A stretch of 64,000 nt of DNA, taken from assembly GCA_038062745.1 (NCBI GenBank), contig JBBTWO010000012.1:249-64248 (forward strand), written 5' to 3'. This stretch comes from Patescibacteria group bacterium (GTDB taxonomy: Bacteria > Patescibacteriota > Microgenomatia > UBA8517). Positions 26,403 through 36,253 of this stretch are shown piece by piece. The position numbers were made by a program, and so were the translations under genes. The number at the start of each line of letters is the position of its first letter. The stretch's first letter is position 1. The notes under the pieces are model-generated. The model was given only the letters and a program-made list of their open reading frames with translations, searched no databases and was not told where the DNA came from.

Positions 26403-26969
26403 ATGCCTGCCAAAAAAAGAAAATCTGATTTAATTAATCTGCTTCCCCAAGAAGAATTTGCCAGCTCAATTATGGGCAGAATCTTGGCCTGGCTACTTAC
26501 CACTTTCAGAACTATTGTTATTATTTCAGAAATGATTGTTATGGCAGCTTTCCTGTCCCGCTTCTGGCTCGATGCTAAAAACAACGATTTATCAGATAGC
26601 ATTACTCAAAGAAAAGCAGTTGTAGGTTCATATGAAACCTTGGAGAAAAACTTCCGGGCTGCCCAAAAAAAGCTGTCTATTTTTGCTCTTGTCGCCGACC
26701 CCATACCAAACCAACACACAATTATTGAAACCGCCGGCTCAATCCTACCCTCAGATATGACTATGACATCGATTACCTTTACTAATAAGGAAGTATCTTT
26801 AAAGGGTACCAGCGGCAGTGAAAAATCAATTGCCAATTACACAGCCAGTTTGAAAAATACCAGCTTGTTTTCTGATTTATCAATAAACCAGATAACTTAC
26901 GATACTGAAAAATCATCATTGATTTTTGATATCAAAGCAACAGCTACGGGGGGGCAAAATGGCATATAA
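26403..26969 (+). CDS. Type IV pilus assembly PilN-like protein
   Basis: INLLP motif, TM helix, coiled coil, C-terminal domain with LKNTSLFSDL. Confidence 0.82.
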   Translation: MPAKKRKSDLINLLPQEEFASSIMGRILAWLLTTFRTIVIISEMIVMAAFLSRFWLDAKNNDLSDSITQRKAVVGSYETLEKNFRAAQKKLSIFALVADPIPNQHTIIETAGSILPSDMTMTSITFTNKEVSLKGTSGSEKSIANYTASLKNTSLFSDLSINQITYDTEKSSLIFDIKATATGGQNGI

Positions 26970-27606
26970 CACCGGCGGGCAAATTGGTAAGTATAAAAGA
27001 TATTTTTCAAATATCAGGGTTTTTTATGAACAACGCCAAGACATTAAGATGTTTATGGAGATTCTGCTGTCTCTTCTTACCATCAGCATGTTTGCTATAT
27101 TTGCCATCCGGCCAACTCTACTAACAATTGGTCAACTATTAACAGATATTCAAAACAAAGAAGATACTGTGGCTAAATTAAACATTAAAATCCAAAATTT
27201 AAAAACAGCTCAGGAGGTTTATGATAACTCAGCTGACGTTCTCTCAATTCTTGATACTGCAATCCCCGCCAGTACGTCAATTGATTCAGCAGTCAGACAA
27301 CTTGAAGGTATAACTCAAAAAAATAATGTCACCATTAGTAGTATTAGTATTGGTGAGTCACCTATAAAAGGTGATGGTAAAGTTTCTAAATCCGAAAAAG
27401 AAGTTGCCGTCCTGCCAACAAATAGTGAGGGGTTAACCATGAATTTCAATGTTTCAGGCGACTATCTATCCTTAATGACCTTTTTACAAGATCTGCAAAA
27501 CATGCGCAGACCAATGTTTATAGATCAAGTAGTTATTAACAATCCAGATGCAGAAGATGGGAAAATAATCATGTCAGTTATCGCCCGGAATATATATGAA
27601 AAATAG
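26959..27606 (+). CDS. Type IV pilus assembly PilO-like protein
   Basis: TM helix, coiled coil, AIP, VSGDY..LMTFLQDLQNMRRP.FIDQV; follows the pilN-like gene. Confidence 0.8.
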   Translation: MAYNTGGQIGKYKRYFSNIRVFYEQRQDIKMFMEILLSLLTISMFAIFAIRPTLLTIGQLLTDIQNKEDTVAKLNIKIQNLKTAQEVYDNSADVLSILDTAIPASTSIDSAVRQLEGITQKNNVTISSISIGESPIKGDGKVSKSEKEVAVLPTNSEGLTMNFNVSGDYLSLMTFLQDLQNMRRPMFIDQVVINNPDAEDGKIIMSVIARNIYEK

Positions 27607-27940
27607 AATTAAAGCACCAACAACAGTAACAATCGCAGTATTAACGGCAATTACCGTTATTTTCTGGGTTGGTTTTGAGGTATTCAGACTTGCAACTAAG
27701 AAACCTGAAGTAGTTGTGCCTGCTGAAATTATTGCCCCAATGTCCCCAACACTTGATGCAGAGGCTTTAGTAAAATTACAAAAAAGGGTATATTTAAATG
27801 AGGAGGAAATTGGTAATATTAATATAACTGTTCAACAGCAACCGACACCGGAACCAATTGATGAGTCAACCATTTCTGCTCAACCATCGACAGAAAATGA
27901 TCAAGAATCAACTAGTTCTGGAGAATTAACGAACCCATGA
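27596..27940 (+). CDS. Single-TM hypothetical protein in the pil cluster
   Basis: N-terminal TM, acidic low-complexity tail; overlaps both neighbours. Confidence 0.7.
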   Translation: MKNRIKAPTTVTIAVLTAITVIFWVGFEVFRLATKKPEVVVPAEIIAPMSPTLDAEALVKLQKRVYLNEEEIGNINITVQQQPTPEPIDESTISAQPSTENDQESTSSGELTNP

Positions 27941-29244
27941 AGAAAAATATAAAACTGCCAACAATAGTAGGAATAGTCGTTCTTATTTTGGGTCTTGGCG
28001 CCGGAATATTCTTACTTCAATTTAAAAATATTTTCAATTTAAAAGCATCGCCTGATCAGGATCCAAAGCAAGTAAAGATTACCAATATTTCCGACAAATC
28101 ATTCTCAGTTTCTTGGATAACTGATAAGGCCACTGTTGGCTTTGTTTCTTTTGGTGAAAGTGCCACCACTCTCAATCAAACAGCCCCCGACACTGATGAT
28201 TCTGCAAAAAATGTTCACACTATTACAGTTGTCGGACTAACCCCCAACAAAAATTATTTCTTTAAAATAAGTTCCGATGGAACACTTAAGGACAATAATG
28301 GAATTGCCTGGAATGCTCAAACTGGACCCACCCTTTCTGTCTCTACAAACGCTCAAATAGTTTCAGGGAATGTCGTTACATCCACTGGCCAACCGGCAAC
28401 TCAAGCTTTAATTTATTTGACAACCAGTGGTTCAAGTACAGTTTCTGCCAAAGTATCAGCAAATGGTAGTTGGGTGATTCCACTTTCCAAACTTAGAACT
28501 TCAGATTTACAAGGCTATCCAGTATTAACCAACAAAACATTGGTCGAAATCTTAATTCAAACAGGAACTGGCAGCATTGCAACAGCTCAAATTTATTTAG
28601 AAGCAACAAATCCAGTGCCCACTATGTCTATTGGCCAAAACTATGACTTTAGAAACCAAACACCAAACAATATTTCAGGCACCAATCCGGAGGCTAATTT
28701 AACTCTTCCAGAGGATGAAACACCTCTGTCAGGACTGAATATTGCAACAGGTTCCCCAACCCCCGTAACGGGATCAACGGTAACAATTGAAAACGTAACT
28801 CAAGGAGAAATAGTTAACACCACCCAGCCAGAATTTTTTGGTGAAGGACCAAAAGGAACCAAAATAACAATTGAAATCCATTCGACACAAGCTATAAGTG
28901 GTACTACCACTGTTGATTCATCGGGAAACTGGAATTGGGAACCTCCAAAAGATTTGGAACCAGGAAGTCATACTATTACCCTTAAATGGACCGATGCTTC
29001 AGGGATATTAAGAACACTAACTAGAAGTTTTGTGGTTGAAGCCGCAGAAGGGCCGGCGTTCGTTGCCACTCCTTCTGGCTCTCCAAAAGCAAGTCCGTCG
29101 GCAACTCCACGAGTAACTAGACCGGCAACCGATTCTGGAACACCGGTAGCCGGAGTGGCAACACCAACACTGGTTATGCTTTCACTTGCTGTTAGCTTTA
29201 TTGCAATTTCAGTTTTTGTTACCAAAAAATCATTTGAAACTTGA
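27937..29244 (+). CDS. Surface protein with FN3-like and Ig-like domains and a C-terminal TPVAG-TM anchor
   Basis: N-terminal TM; VKITNISDKSFSVSWITD..H.ITVVGLTPNKNYFFKI; DSSGNWNWEPP.DLEPGSHTI; C-terminal TPVAG, hydrophobic helix, KK. Confidence 0.85.
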   Translation: MKKNIKLPTIVGIVVLILGLGAGIFLLQFKNIFNLKASPDQDPKQVKITNISDKSFSVSWITDKATVGFVSFGESATTLNQTAPDTDDSAKNVHTITVVGLTPNKNYFFKISSDGTLKDNNGIAWNAQTGPTLSVSTNAQIVSGNVVTSTGQPATQALIYLTTSGSSTVSAKVSANGSWVIPLSKLRTSDLQGYPVLTNKTLVEILIQTGTGSIATAQIYLEATNPVPTMSIGQNYDFRNQTPNNISGTNPEANLTLPEDETPLSGLNIATGSPTPVTGSTVTIENVTQGEIVNTTQPEFFGEGPKGTKITIEIHSTQAISGTTTVDSSGNWNWEPPKDLEPGSHTITLKWTDASGILRTLTRSFVVEAAEGPAFVATPSGSPKASPSATPRVTRPATDSGTPVAGVATPTLVMLSLAVSFIAISVFVTKKSFET

Positions 29245-29313
29245 CTAAATCAGAAATAATAAATAACATGGTTTAGGCCTTGATGGCTTTGTTGTTGTAC
29301 AAAAGTAAACTAA

Positions 29314-30651
29314 ATGAATGACGCTGCCCAAAATCAGAATAACTTAAATACAAATAACCCAATAAATCCGGAACCTATTAGTCCGGTTGTTCCGTCATCG
29401 CCAGACCCATTTATTTCAGCGTCATCTGCAGGGAGCGACGTTCCTCCTCCTCCACCTCCAGTTATAAATGGCGATCTGACTTCTTCTGGTCCAAACGCAA
29501 CAGATGTGGTTGAGCCATCATTTATTCCAACGTATCCAAAACAAGGAAGTGGAAATGGAAGATTAATTGGTGCTTTCATGGGTTTGCTTGTTTTAGTAGT
29601 AGCAGGAGTAGTTGGAGTTGGAATAATTACTAATCCAAAACCAACAGAAAAATCAAAGGCGTCGGCTGCCGCTGTTATGTGTCCTCCAGGAGGATGCGAC
29701 CCTAATAATTATTGTTGGGTAGCAACCACAACAAACGAATGTCTAAATATAGACGGCAGTGGACAAACAGAAGGCTCAACTGAGTCCTTCGCAGGAAACA
29801 CTAATTGGGATGGTGTGGTTTGTTATACCTGCACAGACACTTCAGCAGAACCAGGTGTCCAACACTGTACAACTGGAACACTTACTGGTGGTAATTCTGC
29901 TTTGTGTGGTGGAGGAACGACTCCAACCAGCCCTCCTGGTGGCGAAATTACCGAGTGGTGTGATGACGTTAAAGCTTTTGATTCTGCTGGTAATCAATTG
30001 GGCAACAATGCTCTAAGCAGTCTTGTTGCTGGCGATGTAGTTACTTTTGGTATCAAAGGCCAACCAACCGGCAGAGATTACAACCGGGGTAGGTTTACAA
30101 TTAACGGCGGAGAGCGTGAGACTTCGTATGACAGGGAGGCAGGTATTGGTTTCGCTCTTGATTATACAATTCCAGAAGGAATTACATCATTTAACATTAA
30201 GGGGGCAGTACATCATCAGGCTAAAGACAGGTGGATCAATAAACAAAAAGATGGTAGTGATTGTAAGTTGGGTTTTAATCTATCAACAACTATTGAACCA
30301 ACACCTACAGATACGGCAGCAACGCCAACACCTACAGCAACCCCCACTCTTCCACCAGAGATTGCTCAATGCCGAGCAATAACCATATATGACACTGAAT
30401 GGAACATTTTGACTGCAGCCGACCTAGCCACTCTTAAAGCCGGTGACGTAATCAGAGTTTCAGTTTCAGGAAACCCAGATGCAGCTTTTGATCAAGCAAG
30501 ATTTATCATTAACGGAACAACTAGAGATGCAGTCACACAAAAGAAACCAAATACACAAGAATTTTATGATGAATATACGATTCCAACCGATGCAACAACA
30601 TTCAGTGTCAGTGCTCAGTTACATCATGTAACATTAGATATCTGGATATAA
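29314..30651 (+). CDS. Membrane-anchored surface protein with a Cys-rich region and two repeated beta-rich domains
   Basis: Pro-rich N-terminus, TM, Cys-rich stretch, PT linker, duplicated ~100-aa domain. Confidence 0.85.
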   Translation: MNDAAQNQNNLNTNNPINPEPISPVVPSSPDPFISASSAGSDVPPPPPPVINGDLTSSGPNATDVVEPSFIPTYPKQGSGNGRLIGAFMGLLVLVVAGVVGVGIITNPKPTEKSKASAAAVMCPPGGCDPNNYCWVATTTNECLNIDGSGQTEGSTESFAGNTNWDGVVCYTCTDTSAEPGVQHCTTGTLTGGNSALCGGGTTPTSPPGGEITEWCDDVKAFDSAGNQLGNNALSSLVAGDVVTFGIKGQPTGRDYNRGRFTINGGERETSYDREAGIGFALDYTIPEGITSFNIKGAVHHQAKDRWINKQKDGSDCKLGFNLSTTIEPTPTDTAATPTPTATPTLPPEIAQCRAITIYDTEWNILTAADLATLKAGDVIRVSVSGNPDAAFDQARFIINGTTRDAVTQKKPNTQEFYDEYTIPTDATTFSVSAQLHHVTLDIWI

Positions 30652-30655
30652 ACTT

Positions 30656-31894
30656 ATGCAAACTTACTTAAGAAAAAACTTACTAACAATTATAATTTTG
30701 ACAGTAACCGTAATTTTAACCGGTCTGGCTGTGTTTACCGCCATTAGACTATATCAATTGCGTGATCAATCAGTTGCTCCTAATGTGCCAAGTTCTAAAC
30801 CTGCTGCTCAAGAAGCATCTGGAGCACCAACATATACAAGAAGCCAAACAGTAGTGTTACCAAAATTCACAACTGACCAATGTCCTTGGAATCAAGCAGA
30901 TAACTTGAGCAGAAATGAGGGCGACGCGCGAGCAAGAATAGCAAAGACAAGTAATTTTGATTTACTAAACTGTGAACTAACCGGCGGGTCAGTCAATTCT
31001 CTAGTTGCTCCTCAAACATATCTTTATGATGACACTTTACTTGTCACGCTTGATAATAAAGTTTTGGCTGGGACAAATACAATTGTTTCCCCCCTTGGTG
31101 GAATAGGGTCTGTGTTTGATTGGGCAAAAGTAAAAAACACTGATCAAAATAGCCAAATTGCTGGAACAAAAATTATTTGTATTGGTAACACGTGTGAAGC
31201 TCCATATACTTTGAATCATTCAAATGGATCAAAAACTCCACTTGTTAACATTAGTCTTTCCAAACAAAATTTGGCCACTCTTTTGAACACCGGTCTTACT
31301 GGTCACACTTTTGGGGCAGTAGTAATTGGAGATGGTGATCCAACAACTGATTGTAAATTACAAGAAGATTTAGTTTTGACTCTTAACTACACCTGTAATA
31401 CCGAAATTATCGCTTGTCAGGAAGTAACTTTCAATATTGCTACCCCAACTGCCAGTCCAACAGCTACACCAGTCGCTTGTAATAATGCCTGTAGTGAAGA
31501 TATCCAATGTGCAGGAGATAATGAATGTGTTAGTGGAATGTGTAGAAATACTCAGTGCGATACTGAAACAGACTGCGTATGTAACGGTTCTACTCCTACA
31601 CCAACACCTACCGCAACACCCACTGCCACCCCAACTGCCAGTCCAGTAAGTTGTAATAACACCTGCTCCACCAATACTGACTGTTCAAGTGGACTTGTGT
31701 GTAACGCTGGTTCTTGCCGAAATCAAAGTTGTACCAATGAGACTGACTGTACTTGTGCGATAGCCTCTCCAACTCCAACTGGGTCTGCAACAGCTGCTCC
31801 AGAGTTGCCAAATGCAGGTATCTCAGCCCCAACTTTAATTGGAGGCGCTGCAGGAATACTACTTCTGCTTGGAGCATTATTGCTAGCACTATAA
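30656..31894 (+). CDS. Cys-rich surface protein with PT linkers and an LPNAG-TM C-terminus
   Basis: N-terminal TM, two 8-Cys modules, TPTATP repeats, ELPNAG plus hydrophobic C-terminus. Confidence 0.85.
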   Translation: MQTYLRKNLLTIIILTVTVILTGLAVFTAIRLYQLRDQSVAPNVPSSKPAAQEASGAPTYTRSQTVVLPKFTTDQCPWNQADNLSRNEGDARARIAKTSNFDLLNCELTGGSVNSLVAPQTYLYDDTLLVTLDNKVLAGTNTIVSPLGGIGSVFDWAKVKNTDQNSQIAGTKIICIGNTCEAPYTLNHSNGSKTPLVNISLSKQNLATLLNTGLTGHTFGAVVIGDGDPTTDCKLQEDLVLTLNYTCNTEIIACQEVTFNIATPTASPTATPVACNNACSEDIQCAGDNECVSGMCRNTQCDTETDCVCNGSTPTPTPTATPTATPTASPVSCNNTCSTNTDCSSGLVCNAGSCRNQSCTNETDCTCAIASPTPTGSATAAPELPNAGISAPTLIGGAAGILLLLGALLLAL

Positions 31895-31896
31895 AG

Positions 31897-34377
31897 TTAT
31901 CTCCATTTATCAATCCAGTAATAGGAGTTATCCAACCACACAGGAATTTGTATTCCTGCCCAGTGAGGGAAAAAGTAGATAAACACAATTAAACACACTA
32001 CTGAATATGCCCAAATATTCTTTGGATATTTTCTTAATACAAAACCTGTTGCCATACTTAAAAATGGAATAGCAGGCAAATAGTGATACAAAAACATAAT
32101 TCTGGGACTAAGCGCCCAAGGAAGAAATAAAACCAAGTAACAAAAAACAACAAAGCCTAACTTTTTGCTTTTTGTTACTATTGCCCAATAGCCAGTCACA
32201 AACACACTGACAAGTCCTACCCAAAAAACAATTGGGTTGCCCATAGCATAAATGTTAGCAACCGTGTCGCCCACTTTTCCCGAGGTATACAGCCAAATAG
32301 GTCGAATTAAAAGTGGCCAACTAAGGGGATTGGAACTGTATGCATGAGTGGCTTTAAGGTTAGTATGATACCACCACATCTGTTGTTGTACTCCAAACGC
32401 TCCTGAGCAGCCCGCAGATACATCTTTAAAAGTACATCTAACAAATGTATCAACATTGAAAAACTGATCAAATGTATGGCCACTAGTAAAAAATGGAATA
32501 TATGCCGCCAAATAAATAATCACTGGTAGAACAATGTATCCCACATAGCTTAACTTTAGTTTTTTCTTAAAAACAAAATGAGCTACAAACAAAATTGGTA
32601 ACACCCACAAAGTTGTCCATTTGGAAGCAGCTGCCAATCCCAAAAGAACAGCTGACAACAGATTTTTGTCTGCAAGAAATAAATAAATTGTTAGTAAAGC
32701 AAACAAAATAAAATAACTGTCATTCATACCAATCCTACTCATCACCAGCATTAAGCCATCCAGTGACAGCACAAAGGCAGACAGCAAGGCGGCGACTTCA
32801 TCGTTAAAGATTTTTTTACCCAGCAAGTAAACAACAAATATTGCCAGTGTTCCAGCTATTGCTTCGGGCAATCTCCAAGCAAAAGAATTTTCGCCAAAAA
32901 CAGCCATCGACCCCCACATCGCAAGTTTGGCAAGTGGCGGGTGAGTCCATTCGTAAGCAAATCCTTCAGGTGGAGTGTTCCACCACTCCCAAGCTTTAAC
33001 ATCTCCATGCAGCATCGTTCTGGCTGTGAACGCATGGTATACCTCATCAAAATATTCTTTTTGAGGTGAGTTTAAAAATAACAATCTTGTGGTGAAAGCA
33101 AAAACTAAAATTGCAATGAGAATTAATTTTGAATTCTTTTTTGAAAGATTTAGTTTTGGCAATTGAAGATCTACTTCTTTAAAGCTTTTGTCTTTTATAA
33201 TTTTGTCAAAAAAGCCAAAGATCTTTTTTGGCAGTGGAAAAATAACTAAAGACAAAAAAACCACACTCAAAAATGAAAACAGCGTTAAAATTTCAGCAGG
33301 AAAAATAGAATCAAAGTTTTGGGTTATCCAGACAAAAGCGAAACGCAAGTTTGCCAAGTAGATTACCGATAAACCAATATAAGGAATAATCAAAGAAGGA
33401 ATAAAGGCAACCGATACGGCCAAAGGTGCCAGAGCTGGCATTAAGTGACGCTCGTGCATCCGGGTTAAAAATACAAAACTTGAAAGAAGAAGAATTGCCA
33501 AAAGGCGATAAACAAAACCTTGTTCATCTTTTTTCTTAACTATCAAAATTAACACGGGCAAAACACTCACCCAAACAGCCAGCAATATTCCAATGAGTTG
33601 CAAAGATACTACACCTGCATTGTCTGGTCGCCAAAAACCAACTACTCCCCAAAAGTTAAAGGCATTAATGCTTGTATATGGATACTGATTTGCCGTGGCT
33701 GCTAGTCTTTCCAAAATAAAACTTAAAATATTTCTTCCGGCAGCAAAAGGAAGAAACCCCGAGACAAATGTTCCTGCCGCAACTAATATGTAGGTAGTTA
33801 TTTTCCACGCTTTCCATTTATTTTTAAGCATGATAAACAAAATCACGATGGCAACAAATCCAGCCTGTGGTTTAACCAGTGCACCCAAGGCCAAGAATAT
33901 TGCTGACAAAAGCCAATTTGTACTTGTAAAGTAAATTGCCATTACAGAAAACAAGGCTGTCAAAGAATCAACTTGCCCCCATAAAGACGAATTAGCAAAA
34001 ATGGCTGGGTTAAAAGTGTATAAACTCGAGACGACAATTGCCCACTTACTTCCCTTTTTCTGTTTAACAATTTTAAAAATGAAAAAGCCGGTCAAGATAT
34101 CGGCCAAGACGGCTGGAAGTTTATATAGCACTATTGGGTCGATGGGAATAAGATGTTTAATTTTTGCCAACACCCACAAAACATATAAATAGCCTGGTAA
34201 ATAGTCACTCCAAGCATCATAAAAATTACCAAAACCAATGTTCACTAATCTATCACTCCAAGCAATGAATGTGTTTTGATCCAAAAATAGGGTTCCAAAA
34301 CTTGCCAATAAAAGTCTTAGGGCAAGACCTAAAAGTAGAAGTGAGACGATGTCTTTGTACTTAGTCAAGAATTTCAT
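31897..34377 (-). CDS. Double GT-C glycosyltransferase (N-terminal GT-C domain plus PMT/GT39-like C-terminal half)
   Basis: DYLPGYLY, WGQVDS, RMHER in the N-half; YFDEVYH, HPPLAK, SRIGMND, H.NL.ATHAYSS.P.SWP, RIMFLYHYLP in the PMT half. Confidence 0.88.
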   Translation of the reverse strand: MKFLTKYKDIVSLLLLGLALRLLLASFGTLFLDQNTFIAWSDRLVNIGFGNFYDAWSDYLPGYLYVLWVLAKIKHLIPIDPIVLYKLPAVLADILTGFFIFKIVKQKKGSKWAIVVSSLYTFNPAIFANSSLWGQVDSLTALFSVMAIYFTSTNWLLSAIFLALGALVKPQAGFVAIVILFIMLKNKWKAWKITTYILVAAGTFVSGFLPFAAGRNILSFILERLAATANQYPYTSINAFNFWGVVGFWRPDNAGVVSLQLIGILLAVWVSVLPVLILIVKKKDEQGFVYRLLAILLLSSFVFLTRMHERHLMPALAPLAVSVAFIPSLIIPYIGLSVIYLANLRFAFVWITQNFDSIFPAEILTLFSFLSVVFLSLVIFPLPKKIFGFFDKIIKDKSFKEVDLQLPKLNLSKKNSKLILIAILVFAFTTRLLFLNSPQKEYFDEVYHAFTARTMLHGDVKAWEWWNTPPEGFAYEWTHPPLAKLAMWGSMAVFGENSFAWRLPEAIAGTLAIFVVYLLGKKIFNDEVAALLSAFVLSLDGLMLVMSRIGMNDSYFILFALLTIYLFLADKNLLSAVLLGLAAASKWTTLWVLPILFVAHFVFKKKLKLSYVGYIVLPVIIYLAAYIPFFTSGHTFDQFFNVDTFVRCTFKDVSAGCSGAFGVQQQMWWYHTNLKATHAYSSNPLSWPLLIRPIWLYTSGKVGDTVANIYAMGNPIVFWVGLVSVFVTGYWAIVTKSKKLGFVVFCYLVLFLPWALSPRIMFLYHYLPAIPFLSMATGFVLRKYPKNIWAYSVVCLIVFIYFFPHWAGIQIPVWLDNSYYWIDKWR

Positions 34378-36253
34378 ATATTTTTATAGTACCCGAATTA
34401 TATACTTTTTTGAGATTTTGGTTTGTATCAAAAAAGGCTTGGGCAGCTGGATATGTAGTCTTCTCATCTGACCCCAAGAAAATGTACTTTGCCTGGTATT
34501 TTTTTACAGCCGGTGTAAAGTCACCAGTTTTATATACATACTCGACATCATCCCTTCTAGAAAACACATTATCGTCTCCAACATTAAATCCATGTGAGTG
34601 TGGCCAGGTAATATATGAAATTATTCTCAATCTTCCACCAATATCAGCCGCAGGACTGTGAACTTTCGGCAATTCAATAAAAACTGACTTTTGGAGAGTG
34701 TTTTCCCTTATCCAAATACCGACCTGATAATCTGCTTGTGAATAACCCGCACTTTTATTTAAGTAGCTCCAAGTTAAATTTAAAAATGAAGTAAAAGTAG
34801 AAACAATTAATAAAACAGTCACCATGATTGGTAATAATTTTTTAGGAAATGTCGAGACAAAAACAACAAATAAAATGGCTACAAAAACGATCATGTAATA
34901 AAAAAATTTAAACATATCTGAAGCATAAATTGTGAAGGTCATAAGAAGTGGAATCGTAAATAAGGTAGCCATTATGATGTAAATAACTATTAAATTGATA
35001 TTTTTAAATACCTTTTTTGAAATGACTGATATAGTGGCCAACACAAAGGTTGGTCCAAAATTTAAGAAAGTAAATTGCATGTACCAAAGTGCTGAATGTT
35101 CTTGCCATCTTCCCCATTTGAATGATTCAGAAAACATGGCTATCAGATCTCTTTGACCAATTTGTGGGTTTGGGAAAATTAGAAAAAGACAGATCAAAAA
35201 CGAAAAACATATGAAAATAAATTTAATAGTTTGCTTGAGTGTTGATTTCTTAGCTAAAAAATACACACCACTTGCAATTAGGATTGACACTATACATACC
35301 AAGAGACCAAATAATTGAAACTTGTACAAGGCGGCCATAACAATACTGATTACAATTGCATACTTTAAATTTTTTTCTTCGAAAAATTTAAAAAGGTATA
35401 GAATTACAGTTGCTATTGCTGGTAGCCCAAACATCATTGGCCTGTTTTGTAAAAAGTAATTAGACATTGGAACCATTTGAAAAATATCTTCATACCCATA
35501 CCCTTGAGTAGTAAGAAGTGTTTTAATACTCATTCCATTACTCAAATCTTTTAGAAAATCCACAAAACCAAGATTCGAGAAAAATACAGTCAAGAAAGCT
35601 GCAACAATGGCAAGTCGTTTATTCTTTGTCAGGTGGAAACTTAAGTTATACATGGACAAAAAGAACACCATCGCAAAGAAAGGATTGATGTATACCAAAA
35701 CTCGGGGGAAGAATTGACCAAAGAAAGTATTAATAATAGCTGAATGAAAATCTACAAAATAATAGTAAGAAAGTGGCACGCCGCTAAAGTATGGCGCCTG
35801 CGGAGGAAAGTTCCCTTGGGCAATTGATTCGATGATTGACATATGCATAGCAGTGTCTTGCCAATTGGGACCACTCATTACAAATTGACCATTGAGAGGT
35901 TTAAAGATCGCCGGATATAAAGCTACTAAAAAAATAAAGTAAACAAACAAAGAAAATACAATAACCCCTAATTCCTTTTTTAGATTGTGTAGACGCACTT
36001 TTCTAATCCAGACTACCCAAACAAGACAAATGGTTGTTAATATTAATCCTAAGATTAAAGATAATCGACTAAATCCAAATATGACTCCTAGAAAATAGGC
36101 GAGGAAACTGGAAACAATGATACTAACTAGTAAATATAATTGTATTTTTTGAATTCCAGGGAGCTTGTGATAAAAAGCTTCGACAAAAACAAAACCAGGC
36201 AAGAATAACGCATACCCAAAACCAATAATTAAAAATATATAATTGATAAACAT
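34361..36253 (-). CDS. Multi-TM GT-C-like glycosyltransferase
   Basis: WQD..MH.SII.SI..GNFPP..PYFSG.PL.YYY pattern, many TM helices, soluble C-terminal domain. Confidence 0.75.
   Translation of the reverse strand: MFINYIFLIIGFGYALFLPGFVFVEAFYHKLPGIQKIQLYLLVSIIVSSFLAYFLGVIFGFSRLSLILGLILTTICLVWVVWIRKVRLHNLKKELGVIVFSLFVYFIFLVALYPAIFKPLNGQFVMSGPNWQDTAMHMSIIESIAQGNFPPQAPYFSGVPLSYYYFVDFHSAIINTFFGQFFPRVLVYINPFFAMVFFLSMYNLSFHLTKNKRLAIVAAFLTVFFSNLGFVDFLKDLSNGMSIKTLLTTQGYGYEDIFQMVPMSNYFLQNRPMMFGLPAIATVILYLFKFFEEKNLKYAIVISIVMAALYKFQLFGLLVCIVSILIASGVYFLAKKSTLKQTIKFIFICFSFLICLFLIFPNPQIGQRDLIAMFSESFKWGRWQEHSALWYMQFTFLNFGPTFVLATISVISKKVFKNINLIVIYIIMATLFTIPLLMTFTIYASDMFKFFYYMIVFVAILFVVFVSTFPKKLLPIMVTVLLIVSTFTSFLNLTWSYLNKSAGYSQADYQVGIWIRENTLQKSVFIELPKVHSPAADIGGRLRIISYITWPHSHGFNVGDDNVFSRRDDVEYVYKTGDFTPAVKKYQAKYIFLGSDEKTTYPAAQAFFDTNQNLKKVYNSGTIKIYEILD

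Noticed and set aside
31440-31800. CRISPR-like or tandem DNA repeats
   Set aside because: The repeats are coding Pro/Thr linkers and Cys modules; no regularly spaced repeat-spacer array was seen anywhere in the window.
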